A stretch of 64,000 bases of DNA from Amphiscolops sp. MND2022 (Eukaryota). Location of the stretch: the NCBI GenBank assembly GCA_964187785.1, contig OZ076412.1:27032001-27096000 (forward strand), read 5' to 3'. Position numbers and translations under genes: made by a program. Shown one piece after another: positions 32,801 to 37,200 of this stretch. The notes beneath the pieces were generated by a model. The model saw only the letters and a program-made list of their open reading frames with translations, was not told where the DNA came from and made no database searches. Positions within the stretch are counted from its first letter, which is position 1. The number at the start of each line of letters is the position of its first letter.

Positions 32801-33426
32801 CTCTACTCCCGGAGGTGGGAGTCGCAACAGCAGGCATGTTAACATCGCTCATTTTTTTGGCCAAATTGATATTGAAGTATTGAGAATTGTTATAAAGTTT
32901 TTTTTCGAAAGTTGAATTGATCATATGTTACTAAGCTATTCTTTGATTTCAAATTTTTAAAATTCGGATAGTTGTTTCCTATGTTTCCAAAAGCGAGGAT
33001 CTTGCGATGCTGCAAAATATTGTCAAGATTTTTTCCCAAAAAAATGAAATTGTTTTTTTCTGGATCAATTGATATTGTATGTATTATACTTTCGACAACA
33101 GGTCACAAGCCATCACTGCGAAACAGACTTTACTCACTGCAATCTATGACATAGTATCTACTCACGAGCCATTGAAGAGAACCTACGACTCACAGTTCAA
33201 GGCTTTTGTGTGTCGTGGTCTGAACGAAAAGCGACTGGGCTTGTGGTTCCGCCTTGTACTGAGGACACAAGAAATAGTGGAGCGCTATTACTCCAGCTGG
33301 AACTTCATGACCAAGGCCTACTTTGATGACATCACCAAACTGCTGGAAAAGCTCTCCCATTACAACTTCTCACTGCCCGTTAACATGGCGGTACAGCCCA
33401 TCCGAAATATCAAAGACGCCTTCTGA
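2688..33426 (+). CDS. RUNDC1: RUN domain-containing protein 1, 9 coding exons, 738 aa predicted
   Basis: Exons 2688-2860, 3810-3994, 4780-5001, 6026-6157, 30445-30640, 31038-31294, 31704-31995, 32399-32833, 33102-33426 are all phase-compatible and sum to 2217 nt. The peptides LNSSLLNLTSHFAQVQFRLKQI, LETFAY, IINPAKAKEDLLYQLQSQISDLERFIDFL and KQTLLTAI, and the C-terminus FSLPVNMAVQPIRNIKDAF, closely match RUNDC1 as I recall it. Confidence 0.92.
3810..3994 (+). CDS. RUNDC1: RUNDC1 exon 2
   Basis: Acceptor ttattcag| and donor CAG|GTAAAG. GC-richer than its flanks; frame matches the track ORF (SGPEEEEIA...SSLS). Confidence 0.75.
4780..5001 (+). CDS. RUNDC1: RUNDC1 exon 3
   Basis: tgtccag| ... 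|GTAAGT; encodes LLEEQQEDLNSSLLNLTSHFAQVQFRLKQI...ELEEFAGKGC. Confidence 0.93.
6026..6157 (+). CDS. RUNDC1: RUNDC1 exon 4
   Basis: ttgcag| ... CAG|GTACCA; encodes EEHEAKIAEQKQKQQELIS, which continues in phase into exon 5 (ELKEQLMELETFAY). Confidence 0.88.
6324..8508 (-). repeat. 3' LTR (2,185 bp)
   Basis: Direct repeat of 23663-25847. The track ORFs inside both copies are identical and spot checks by eye found no mismatch. Confidence 0.96.
6409..6426 (-). other. Ectopic 18-nt PBS copy inside the 3' LTR, within a 106-bp tandem duplication of the U5 end
   Basis: gcctcactggtcgcacca lies between two identical 85-bp units (6324-6408 and 6430-6514) and is identical to the true PBS at 23642-23659. 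Confidence 0.93.
8509..8522 (-). other. PPT position, atypical (element sense aaaccccgggtgagt|TGT)
   Basis: Directly abuts the 3' LTR, but only GGGTGAG is purine-rich. Confidence 0.4.
8532..9284 (-). CDS. Element-borne TRAF-like protein (coiled coil + MATH/TRAF-C; no RING or zinc fingers), 250 aa
   Basis: N-terminal heptads, then IWRLDQFS, SPIFFSQPFGYTFHLRAYPYG, GKYMSV, GPYDEILTWPFQG and WLKNNSIFFEVKV. These are colinear with the TRAF-C consensus (IWKI..F / SP.FYT..YGY.M..R.YLNG / GTHLS / GEYD.LL.WPF / ..DD.IFI...V). Confidence 0.9.
   Translation of the reverse strand: MNTSSSTLIEQLEDERSLTDSLINELLLLRQKLNITQYKDDTFDSDMIHEISKKLDALEMRVLRIEKKSIPRDWNLYKVIWRLDQFSDIFQNAEKYEKSLSHVRAPYCDPNCLKDVCSPIFFSQPFGYTFHLRAYPYGIDTAKGKYMSVCLAMCPGPYDEILTWPFQGVIEIHLLGQGNIYKPYKQLIVTNNNNSECFKKPIPTASNTAITILCFIPHDELMNPENPWLKNNSIFFEVKVINTLYAPLST
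9321..9830 (-). CDS. Element-borne orphan ORF, 169 aa (163 aa from the second ATG)
   Basis: Uninterrupted ORF between env and TRAF with an acidic N-terminus, a PPPPP run, basic KRSHKRQK and an aromatic C-terminal segment. No family recognised. Confidence 0.7.
   Translation of the reverse strand: MFSIQNMQTDKTVAEEIELLTGEPKLDNSGLLDLPLLSPTDLEFLSTETIAEGVTETAPPPPPNNLKTTPLPTKRPHSTSIKRSHKRQKASLSAHEKLRQQRKNEEAANKYIFTRNPRFRTELNYLLKREYNHWNIVFWDSNRQEFTLENPTLGYQRIVVPIRAISAFI
9842..11950 (-). CDS. env: Env: chuvirus-G-like (predicted class III) fusion glycoprotein, 702 aa
   Basis: Signal peptide (KILILFITCYSLING), early YDC, Cys-rich ectodomain with several N-x-S/T sequons, a C-terminal block WLYSC...CYDKIPIFY...FVDPITR...C that resembles chuvirus G, and a TM segment (WFGGFLLIKFLVNVIVITF). 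Confidence 0.8.
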   Translation of the reverse strand: MCSKILILFITCYSLINGLPNPNLDDIAQRLSVSHYDCGEMTENKLYALNQVRPCHVSPENIEINPAIITVYTKHFRTELNATMCRLKHSRFKWHCGYHDHASIDAEQSTITSDIDMSPEQCRRAREEGKIQILDHMVQFKKGNKLTQSYTNGKKSEENRNHCTGRSWMIKDTFESHIQDVTLPVKLRDGTVHNVNGNPLPCKLDDLGCQSTSLDPYAYIWDHPDNCVLSVLKEEHVNMIKNEHRYHMVSTNDSSSKFLFEVKNYPQKFCNKPNDVYPTNYESMYIVIHTGGFDMASGRKMGITRGSYTLQYSTDNSGKPGLYVYNRDATVKDKYVNTWLNMDYEMQVGTKLDYLFFESTRALQSSEIQMLKNQCEQERTQILTILMLSLENPRLAGYMLTGNRSMFLETDGSLAWLYSCPLISSPLHVMNNCYDKIPIFYKGQIQFVDPITRQTYPNANTQNCTDRIKNLFQLDMQDKDSWFSLNPEPTHRDRPAIFGPKEISPFTKDAFDESQDAGMYTKGQLSDFWDNILISAASRNALQKFSRELIIPSAADKGPDEFGYFAPRTNFYVDNMISPGYFKEQFISTFGIIEYWFSKLGQWFGGFLLIKFLVNVIVITFRSFELHRVTGASWGIGKILLSATYNLFTVSMISTLNQVPQHDPMVSDTPPDKNYNEHETLEHIYPAISRPPTSNTHTVSPV
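12056..12204. repeat. Tandem duplication 2 x 73 bp (period 76) upstream of env
   Basis: cgagagttggtggagtcgaatttgacaacc...gaagaatgttcttcag occurs twice with 2 mismatches; each copy contains the near-palindrome tagaatcaaattgattcta. Confidence 0.9.
12522..12986 (-). CDS. Accessory protein B, 154 aa (paralog of 13889-14299)
   Basis: The first in-frame ATG at 12986 overlaps the upstream stop (TAATG); the track's 13067 start is a TTG. Shares CPW, W.W, KY.K, LYASL.A.L, KPE and MD..C with protein A. Confidence 0.78.
   Translation of the reverse strand: MNPQSILKKDSRKRTKPRITQIYPPPTIYWDTLWEKKYEELSFNCPWTIFVAENNKQFLITYIRWTWTYEFKICVHFERYDLPDKKYQKQIYKDTLLYASLAASLLSYEQKPERHITKFDLLVLGELTSVMDIECVTSPKYSKLYKDLIQFYDL
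12986..13204 (-). CDS. Accessory small ORF, 72 aa (MTYIKIENEF...)
   Basis: ATG at 13204 lies 8 nt after a TTTTGAC..TTTCAG acceptor. Its TAA overlaps the next ATG. Confidence 0.65.
   Translation of the reverse strand: MTYIKIENEFYRIYRTELHQDRIYIYVKHYITSKKDIVFVDQHSVYWDYFLHLMKFVGDIPSDLFRGENNHL
13232..13783. repeat. 10-copy tandem array of 51/60/61-bp hairpin-forming units
   Basis: Units start at 13232, 13283, 13343, 13394, 13445, 13496, 13557, 13618, 13679 and 13740. Core tttacccacggcagagattgatactatgatcgttaccgtgct contains a cacgg...ccgtg inverted repeat. Confidence 0.95.
13889..14299 (-). CDS. Accessory protein A, 136 aa
   Basis: ATG lies 16 nt after a TTTTGAC..TTCAG acceptor and AATAAA lies 8 nt after the stop. 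Clear paralogy to protein B. Confidence 0.8.
   Translation of the reverse strand: MKPVIAYDIPIVIINKINFKCCPWNIMPELEEISMIIDELSWSWHPTADVEVKFHNYRSKQKYHKWVKPGSFLYASLTAALVTFMRKPEPQLSKQEVDALNTISSQMDNVCKKSSYNDMYIDFLETLKLWQEMEDF
14700..14915. repeat. Degenerate repeat, about 3 imperfect copies
   Basis: Recurring tgaatgcgcttttg..atggttca.ttct..gg.gccatgtgt..ttttgaagt. Confidence 0.55.
16046..16252 (-). other. Duplicated three-hairpin RNA structure with compensatory changes
   Basis: The units 16046-16137 and 16158-16252 differ in sequence but keep pairing in all three stems (see findings). Confidence 0.75.
16650..22238 (-). CDS. pol: Pol polyprotein: protease - dUTPase-like spacer - macrodomain - RT - RNase H - insertion - integrase
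   Basis: DTGA at 22098-22109, YLDD at 20028-20039, RNase H (HVDSS..ELCG..CDH), HHCC zinc finger (HTHSGH...CLQC), integrase D,D35E (IDH / HDNG / KVE) and a GPF motif. The frame is open from the slippery site to the stop at 16650. Confidence 0.96.
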   Translation of the reverse strand, partial: FKLLKSPRPDEESNLKSRFHLNLFFFPTGDSKKDSGLEIEFMLDTGAACSIINYRAFEEIAQFGQPITVVRSKQLTKTYTGEVIPMLGSTTITFSFDSDGLHPVELKFWITEAKTPNLLGIDFCRQLVSKLHFDLPAIELKDSPNTICYGNLCATKPFPYVSKVETIRTDNPICIDAKTTRLHKYSRENNRHFAPGTSFTPHKNAVKTGLTFVNVLCTKSESHLPILIENNRNHQITLNRGIIGHAVIDLQEKERPKFQIKDCVTMVNTILKENPDYNDCFLLHSTVPFEHEGDQQVFLSHGSGETLRASNANLAFCVSADGKMTTTFAKRLCEQKKDFQNFVNQSKPFVGSVLPFWDNEANRFIYGLVAKKRCYEKIKPEDFRNCIENLVGHAQLNNIPAISIPKIEDGLDNIHWKGALDIIRNSFDYGHIKVEIVSRNEPNLQLVNASIRKEEVEEGDIDYYTEQFANGTEELETDFATDAKSCQPPCTEQFVELRTKEDNDALIEYYLQYQREEIKEYVKKFDFRYTDLQDEELVVLIDMLIDSADVYSQHKFDVGKVRQKFHVTLKANSELKKQRPSKVPLHLKDKLEKLLGQLQEADIIREMGDDDELGSLFVNPIILMPKADYVKLVIDARYLNSITDLTNYSWPLDPIQMIMTRINGKYFTVSDLSCAYHQVPLSDETQKLTSFIIGGKQYTYVRGFYGLCGLPNFFSRLMAIHFEPLIKRKQAITYLDDSLMQAQTKQEMFTIIHEYHQLLRKAGLKAAPEKTNFFIRKVKFLGHVISEQGIQPLAKRVQDLKNLKSPESKRDVMKVLGCLGFYSCYIKNLHVDSQPFYDLIKATTPFKWTKEHEDLFTDIKSRICEDTILAVPSTEYPFHIHVDSSNVGTGCILVQQFPEGKRIVSFNSRVFDKAEQKMSTLHRELCGIVSALQTYEHYIIGSPFPIYLYCDHKPILYLWGRKGQLSHRFFKYQVIITKFQNLKIIWTKGSNLAFPDILSRNVTLEETQNLQKLHKEIPRDISFYDEFGSKVHYAIEHNDDGHCGSNDFFPILCQKGKDQRLLHLKNDGEEHEVEHYENQQTVMATRQDIADCFKLGKSINQYKNLCLPSYKIQYEPEYSRIDDIETDSSDDEEEIAELHLSNEDHEFYRDKSTAKEKNISQKSERPLLNKNLDVEQFPHVDTKDLLQKLSDYSKTADLDITTLVAEQINDPVLQIVRAWVRNKNKPNAKTPEIHQSKALLSYFNNFNQLFLDKESNLLCYNEPIHGTDKCEMKICVPLSLFLPLFNLAHAHTHSGHPGIFKTFENIRQNFFWPGRYKWIVSLIEDCLQCQTNKSKRHDLQEAPLEQWGELETTPFKTIHIDHKGPIRPSSNLNTHCLVVVDAFSRFLGVYPVRDTGAQTTINALEKWITSYGIPQKIVHDNGSAFINRDFVNWTKEFGITLAPRTAYSPWTNGKVEVQNKHLMRYWRNFTNESGNNWSTLASKFAFAHNTSVNYTTGMTPYEIVFGVKPQIPMTLKLGLIRDKNKQCKSEFCADLQPHTHSENNLRNKSLDRLLRPQLSSELLTRENDFKSIYSSTYKRCREITSKAHEYRNRFKLGRPLAVGQKVLLENHKPDLSKSQKLKQLRVGPFTVTKQITNTTYEIKEDENPENVKVTHRNHLLEYFPKEETLPPLLTNYAPVEQDDNFYKRLVQTQIDKHNSGQPEHKLDFMPLIITPLSGSNNNTSKGSEFSPSTDSGILSPKTPQFHTPIPSTSNNSILRERIPQSCGTNPLPPMQTPRLPVAVLPLAFSSNTPLPKRTPVLPSVPPIHTVSPPDQVSPKTGKLSNFKKKVTTRFSEKPKNPKYERSTPGSSLRDIERKGYKD
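20925..21345 (-). other. TARG1/OARD1 (Poa1p-like) macrodomain within Pol
   Basis: LAFCVSADGKM...RFIYGLVAKKR...SIPKIEDGLDNIHW...IKVEIV aligns by eye with human TARG1 LAHCISEDCRM...RYIYYLITKKR...SMPRIGCGLDRLQW...IKITVY. Confidence 0.85.
22226..23620 (-). CDS. gag: Gag, 464 aa
   Basis: Capsid-like motifs (LRGPAAEW, FLTRF, VRGL), zinc knuckle CKYCQRNGHTLQYC and an N/Q-rich tail. ATG lies 21 nt after the PBS. Confidence 0.93.
   Translation of the reverse strand: MADNTVSFPDLALDKFSGNDPEQDVRSFLTTVENKINFSMGHEPDNDDDRARYLFRKKALFSSLLRGPAAEWYTDNIGDGHDWQHIRTHFLTRFSDNRDKYRYRITAENSVRGNEEIIKNYFHRVKRAVDRGWPDEENADNAARAALNAQRRQKYIEFAVRGLTPNELKNKAHQYLIEHPNATWEQFQEHVTNKDLVFTISSQLAPNSSQNQKTLINELREDINAMKNMLKEQQINSLAVTNSLPYGCPSSHCHDYHVSAVDVNNTSRQNITRFCKYCQRNGHTLQYCRKKIYDDEAKRAQSRANEEKKVTFTNDYNKRKGPGFGSQQNYQSSPRPNFTNNQRSNQQSNQNFNRGRPNEGNNRNENWNRNNPQQSNNFNNFSGNNNHSSGSRPTSTSTNLRNNTPYTGNRPNSPYNFSARPQNTNSEYNRNFPTNNNSFPNSVQFIDEEGQDRVSTISFNPLNC
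22232..22238 (-). promoter_or_regulatory. -1 ribosomal frameshift site U UUA AAC joining gag to pol
   Basis: The heptamer is in gag phase two codons before the gag TAA, and a -1 slip enters the pol frame. A downstream 8-bp stem AGUCUCCG/CGGAGACU forms between 22218-22225 and 22148-22155. Confidence 0.85.
23642..23659 (-). other. Primer-binding site TGGTGCGACCAGTGAGGC
   Basis: Lies 3 nt after the 5' LTR. Its complement GCCTCACTGGTCGCACCA has tRNA 3'-end layout (T-stem CCTCAC + 7-nt acceptor + A + CCA), resembling elongator tRNA-Met. Confidence 0.9.
23663..25847 (-). repeat. 5' LTR (2,185 bp)
   Basis: Direct repeat of 6324-8508; contains the ectopic PBS copy at 23748-23765. Confidence 0.96.
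25057..25360 (-). promoter_or_regulatory. Candidate LTR promoter: CCAAT cluster, TATAAA (25135-25140) and major splice donor CAG|GTTAGT (25062)
   Basis: Four element-sense CCAAT motifs at about 25265-25350, TATAAA downstream of them, and the donor 73 nt after TATA. Confidence 0.6.
26493..26773. promoter_or_regulatory. Cluster of four CRE/ATF-type motifs
   Basis: TGACGTAA 26493, TTACGTCA 26622, TGACGTCA 26641 and TGACGTCA 26766. Confidence 0.5.
27144..28968 (-). CDS. ALDH3: Class 3 aldehyde dehydrogenase, ALDH3B-like, 2 exons (28968-28195, 27794-27144), 474 aa, nested antisense in the RUNDC1 intron
   Basis: IIGAWNYP, FYTGS, catalytic TLELGGKSP and NCGQTCIAPDY, EEIFGP, PFGGVGESG; phase-0 GT-AG intron; C-terminal CaaX CNVL, like the CaaX of ALDH3B1. 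Confidence 0.93.
30445..30640 (+). CDS. RUNDC1: RUNDC1 exon 5
   Basis: gttcag| LKEQLMELETFAYESG...LSTEELKKIVD |GTACTG. Confidence 0.92.
31038..31294 (+). CDS. RUNDC1: RUNDC1 exon 6
   Basis: ggccag| IINPAKAKEDLL...FIDFL; donor GTTAGT chosen because its phase fits the next exon. Confidence 0.85.
31704..31995 (+). CDS. RUNDC1: RUNDC1 exon 7
   Basis: ttttcag| ... |GTTAGT; phases 1 and 2 fit the neighbouring exons. Confidence 0.75.
32399..32833 (+). CDS. RUNDC1: RUNDC1 exon 8 (start of RUN domain)
   Basis: LKTVRRNLVYSLKELLQF...IWQLFLAYYEIKHG..TPARKL. The 3' end is uncertain: GC donor at 32834, or a weaker GT donor near 32732. Confidence 0.8.
33102..33426 (+). CDS. RUNDC1: RUNDC1 exon 9 (terminal)
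   Basis: KQTLLTAI...FKAFVCRGLNEKRL...NIKDAF then TGA. Confidence 0.93.
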
Positions 33427-34429
33427 GTCATCCAGTGGACCATACCGAATGCGGCATATGAGAGATGAGAGAATTGGAAAATCAAAATGTTAGTGCTTTT
33501 CTTTTCATTCAACTCGCTAACTGAACCCTCGTGCGAAGTACTTCATATAATACACATAAAGAACCGTGTAGTTTCTGGTTACCCCATTTTTATGCTTGTT
33601 CCAGGAAAACGGTTTTGGACGTCTTCTGAGAGCGATAGAGCTTGGCTCGAAAGGATAAATTTGTACACAACTGTGATGGTAATATCTGCGTTTCATTGCC
33701 TGTTTGTAACTTGAGTCACAACTGTACATTGCAGGGGAAACATGCTTCCTACACCCGGCTTTCTTCCAACTGTCATTGTCATTTGCGAGGCTGCCCCTCC
33801 ATTGAAGTTTCCATGTCCCTGTTTGATACGACTACTGAAGCCTGTCATTATTTCCACTTTGCATCCTTGCTTTAATTAACATTACAGTTGGCTGGATTGG
33901 GTGTGCTGATTCTCAAAACAAGTCGCCCGCTGAGCACCGGAATATTTTCCGTCCCGAAGTATTTTGGCGACGACAATATCTTGAGTAAGGCTCGAGCGTA
34001 GACAAACTACGAACTCGCGAAAAAATATATATTTTGACATTTCTTTGTTCATTTTCTTTTTTTAACGAGAAAATTGCATATTTCTCTATACAAAAATATG
34101 CTAAGTAGTCATATTTGGTGTTGAACTCGGTGGATATTTATACCCACGAAAACATTTAAAAACTGAACTGATCAAAAGCTGCATAATAATCGTCAAAAGT
34201 GGAAATTTGTCTATTTAAGGTACTTTTGTAGGCACTTTTTTTCACAATTTTTTCAAAAATTTTCACAATTACATATGCTACGAACGCACTTTTGTGGTAT
34301 TTGAGTTCAATGGAAAAACCTCTATCATTTGGGAATAACATTGGAAAATTGCATTTTTTGTGAAATACGTGGTTAAGTTAGTAATTTTCTTTCCCATACA
34401 TGAAGTAAAGGGACGGGAAATAATAAGAC

Positions 34430-34750
34430 GGGAACGTCTAAAGTCGGAGCTATATCTAAGGCTCAAAAAGCGCAAAGTTTTTAGAACTGTAAAATGGGGA
34501 CTTTTTGGGCTTTTTGAAAATCCAGTTTGTTGCAAAATTTTTGAAAAATTGAAGGGGGACCCTTTGTAGACAAAAAAATTCGAATAAAAAGTCGCACAGT
34601 GCCAAAAAAAATGAAAGAGGGCACCCTTCAGTCTCGTCCGCTTTCGCAAATGCTCGAAAAAGTTTCTGGCTAAAGCAAGGACTCGAACCCGTGACCGCTG
34701 GGTTCACCGTAAACCGAGTAAAGAGTAAAGTCTGTACTAAAAAGTGGTAC
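34430..34750. repeat. Dispersed repeat family with a tRNA B-box (related copies near 4060-4360, 5800-5910, 36780-37190, 39600-39990)
   Basis: Shared aaggctcaaaaa / aaaattgaagggggaccc motifs. An identical 18-mer ggactcgaacccgtgacc (B-box GGTTCGAGTCC on -) occurs at 34679 and 39951. Confidence 0.55.
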
Positions 34751-36779
34751 ATTCACGATGAGGGCTGTGGTCTGACGAAAAAACTAGCCACTGTAATATT
34801 CGGGCTCTTTTCACTAGAATCGTTTCCAAATGCTGTGAAATTTATTTTCCAAGATTTATGATTTGTACGGGAGAACGTGAATGACGCGCATGGCCGTCTT
34901 GGCAGGTTCAAAATATTTGTAGGTGTCTACTAGGTGAACAAAGAAACGGAACGCACGAAAATTTCACTTCGAAATCGTAATATTTGTGAAGAAGACAGAA
35001 ATTCACTGTTGTCAAGCTGGAGCTATCATTGCGTAATCAATTGTTCAACCAATGTTGGTTCAAGCCTTCTGAAAATGTCTAGACATATTTACCAGTCAAT
35101 TCATTCTTTTTTGGGATGTGTGAAAGTTCATTCGCTCCGGAAGTTCAAAGTTTAGAAAAGAAATATTTAAGGTTTGAGAGTTTGAAAATTTTATGCTATG
35201 TTTCGTTTTTTGGTTTACTTAGTAGAGTAGTAGAGCACCTACAATGGTGCATTTCTTCTTTAAGGTCAACAATATTCCAGCCTCTCCCTCCTGCATTATG
35301 AGTTCGGCGGACAGCTGTGGAGTATAATACGTTTGCTATTTTTATTTTTGTTCATTTTCCTTTTCTGTTATTAGTGTTTTATGCAATACTCATTAATCAT
35401 TTTGTTGTTTCGCAATTTCATCAATTCTTTTCCTATTTTCTTCCGTTCAGTTGTTGTAAAACATGTACAAATCAATAAATACAAAGAATGACAATTTGAA
35501 TATTACTGCAGTTTATGTATAAAGTGGATACAAAGTGATATATCAAAAGCAGCATCTAGACCACTTGTGCTGATTTATCGTTTGGTTCAATTTGTAATCA
35601 ATGTTTATTTTATAATACATCTGCTGGGCATTCGGTTTAAAATCTTAGTTTTATTCAAAAATTCATTAAAAATGCTTATGAAAGTTCGATTCGAATTTAT
35701 TGCTTTTTTAGTTTCTTCTCTGACCCTTCAGTCAAGCAAGTAGTTCGTGAGAAGCATAATTGAAATTCTAATTCAAGCCTCAAGCTTCAAAATTTCCATT
35801 ATTTTGGTGATAGAAAATTATCAAGCACTGTCAGGTTTGAGAAACTTGAAAGCGTTGAAGTTTGAACGAGCCATTTTTTCTACCGTAAACGAAAACTATC
35901 GCAGTGCCACTGCGCTTCTCCACTAAAAACTAAACGTGTAAACAAGCCATGTGCGGCATGTGCCAGCTTCTTGTGAGACAAAAATCAAAAGTATTTCAAA
36001 TAGTCAAGGAACTTTTGAATACGTTCACTGACGTTTCCCACAGTTTCCGAAATTTGAATGAAGGACACAGCTTAAAAGTTTTTTTCGATTGAAAACATTT
36101 AAAAAGCAGCGAGAGCCTTCTTTAGAAATAGAATTTTTTTCGAATTAATATCACTGACGAAAAAACTAATACAACATTGGACTAAATTTTTTGAAATAAA
36201 AGACCCTGGTGTCCCTGAAAGACCCTGAATCCTTTTGGCTGTTTTAGATCTTTTAAAAATGAGGTTTTAAAAATGATTGCAGAAAAATTCTGGTTACATC
36301 GATGGTATTGAACGAAACGTCACTACGTAGTCCGTTTTTCAGTCGGCGATCTTGTAGAAAACGCAGACTCTAATAGATGACCAGCGAACTGACACATTTT
36401 TATGAAGGTCTTTCTTTAAGTTCAATTTCATAAAATGCAATTCATATGCTACTTAGCCTACTTGGACAAGTTAACGCACGTTTCTTTCCATGACTTCCAC
36501 TGTCTGTACATGAATTCGAATCCTGCGTTAAAACGAAAACTATGCTTGCAAAAGTATAGGGAGGCTGAGTTTTTCGGCACTAAAATGATCAATACAAGAA
36601 TTTTGGGTTGTACAATAGAAAATTTTGGAAAGAAAAAACTTCAGTCTTTGCTACTTTCTTACACCGTATTTTCCACGTCGCAAGTTGAAAAAATACGACT
36701 TCTGAATCCAAATATAAACGACCTAGCCCTTCATTTGAGCAATTTTTCTGATGAAATTTCTAGAAGTAATCGAAACAAG

Positions 36780-37200
36780 CCGGGACCGGCCCAAGTCGGC
36801 GCCATATCCAAGGCTCAAAAATAGCGAAAAGACTTCCAAGTGTCAAGTGCTAAAGTCTCACAATGCCGAAAAACTGAAAAGGGGGACCCTTTGGGGTTTT
36901 TCAACATCCAATCTGTCGCAAAACATCAAAAAATTGAAAGGGGAAAAAATTTTGTTTTCGGAAAAAAATCTCAGTGCCAAAAAAACTAAGGGGGGACCCT
37001 TTGGTCTCGCCCGGTATGGTATGTTACGCGAAAAAACCTTTTTGGTTCAGTTCGCTAGGCCAAATAGTGCATTTTGGTGCAATAATATTTTGTAGAACTT
37101 TTAAGAACTATTTTGGTCAGTTCGTGTGGATAGAAAAAAGTTACTATAATAGTCGCGTTTCACTTCATGAAGCGCCGACTAAAAATGGACCACTGTAGTG
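36780..37200. repeat. Copy of the same dispersed repeat family
   Basis: tccaaggctcaaaaa, gggggaccctttg (twice), aaaattgaaggggaaa, gccgactaaaa. Confidence 0.5.
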
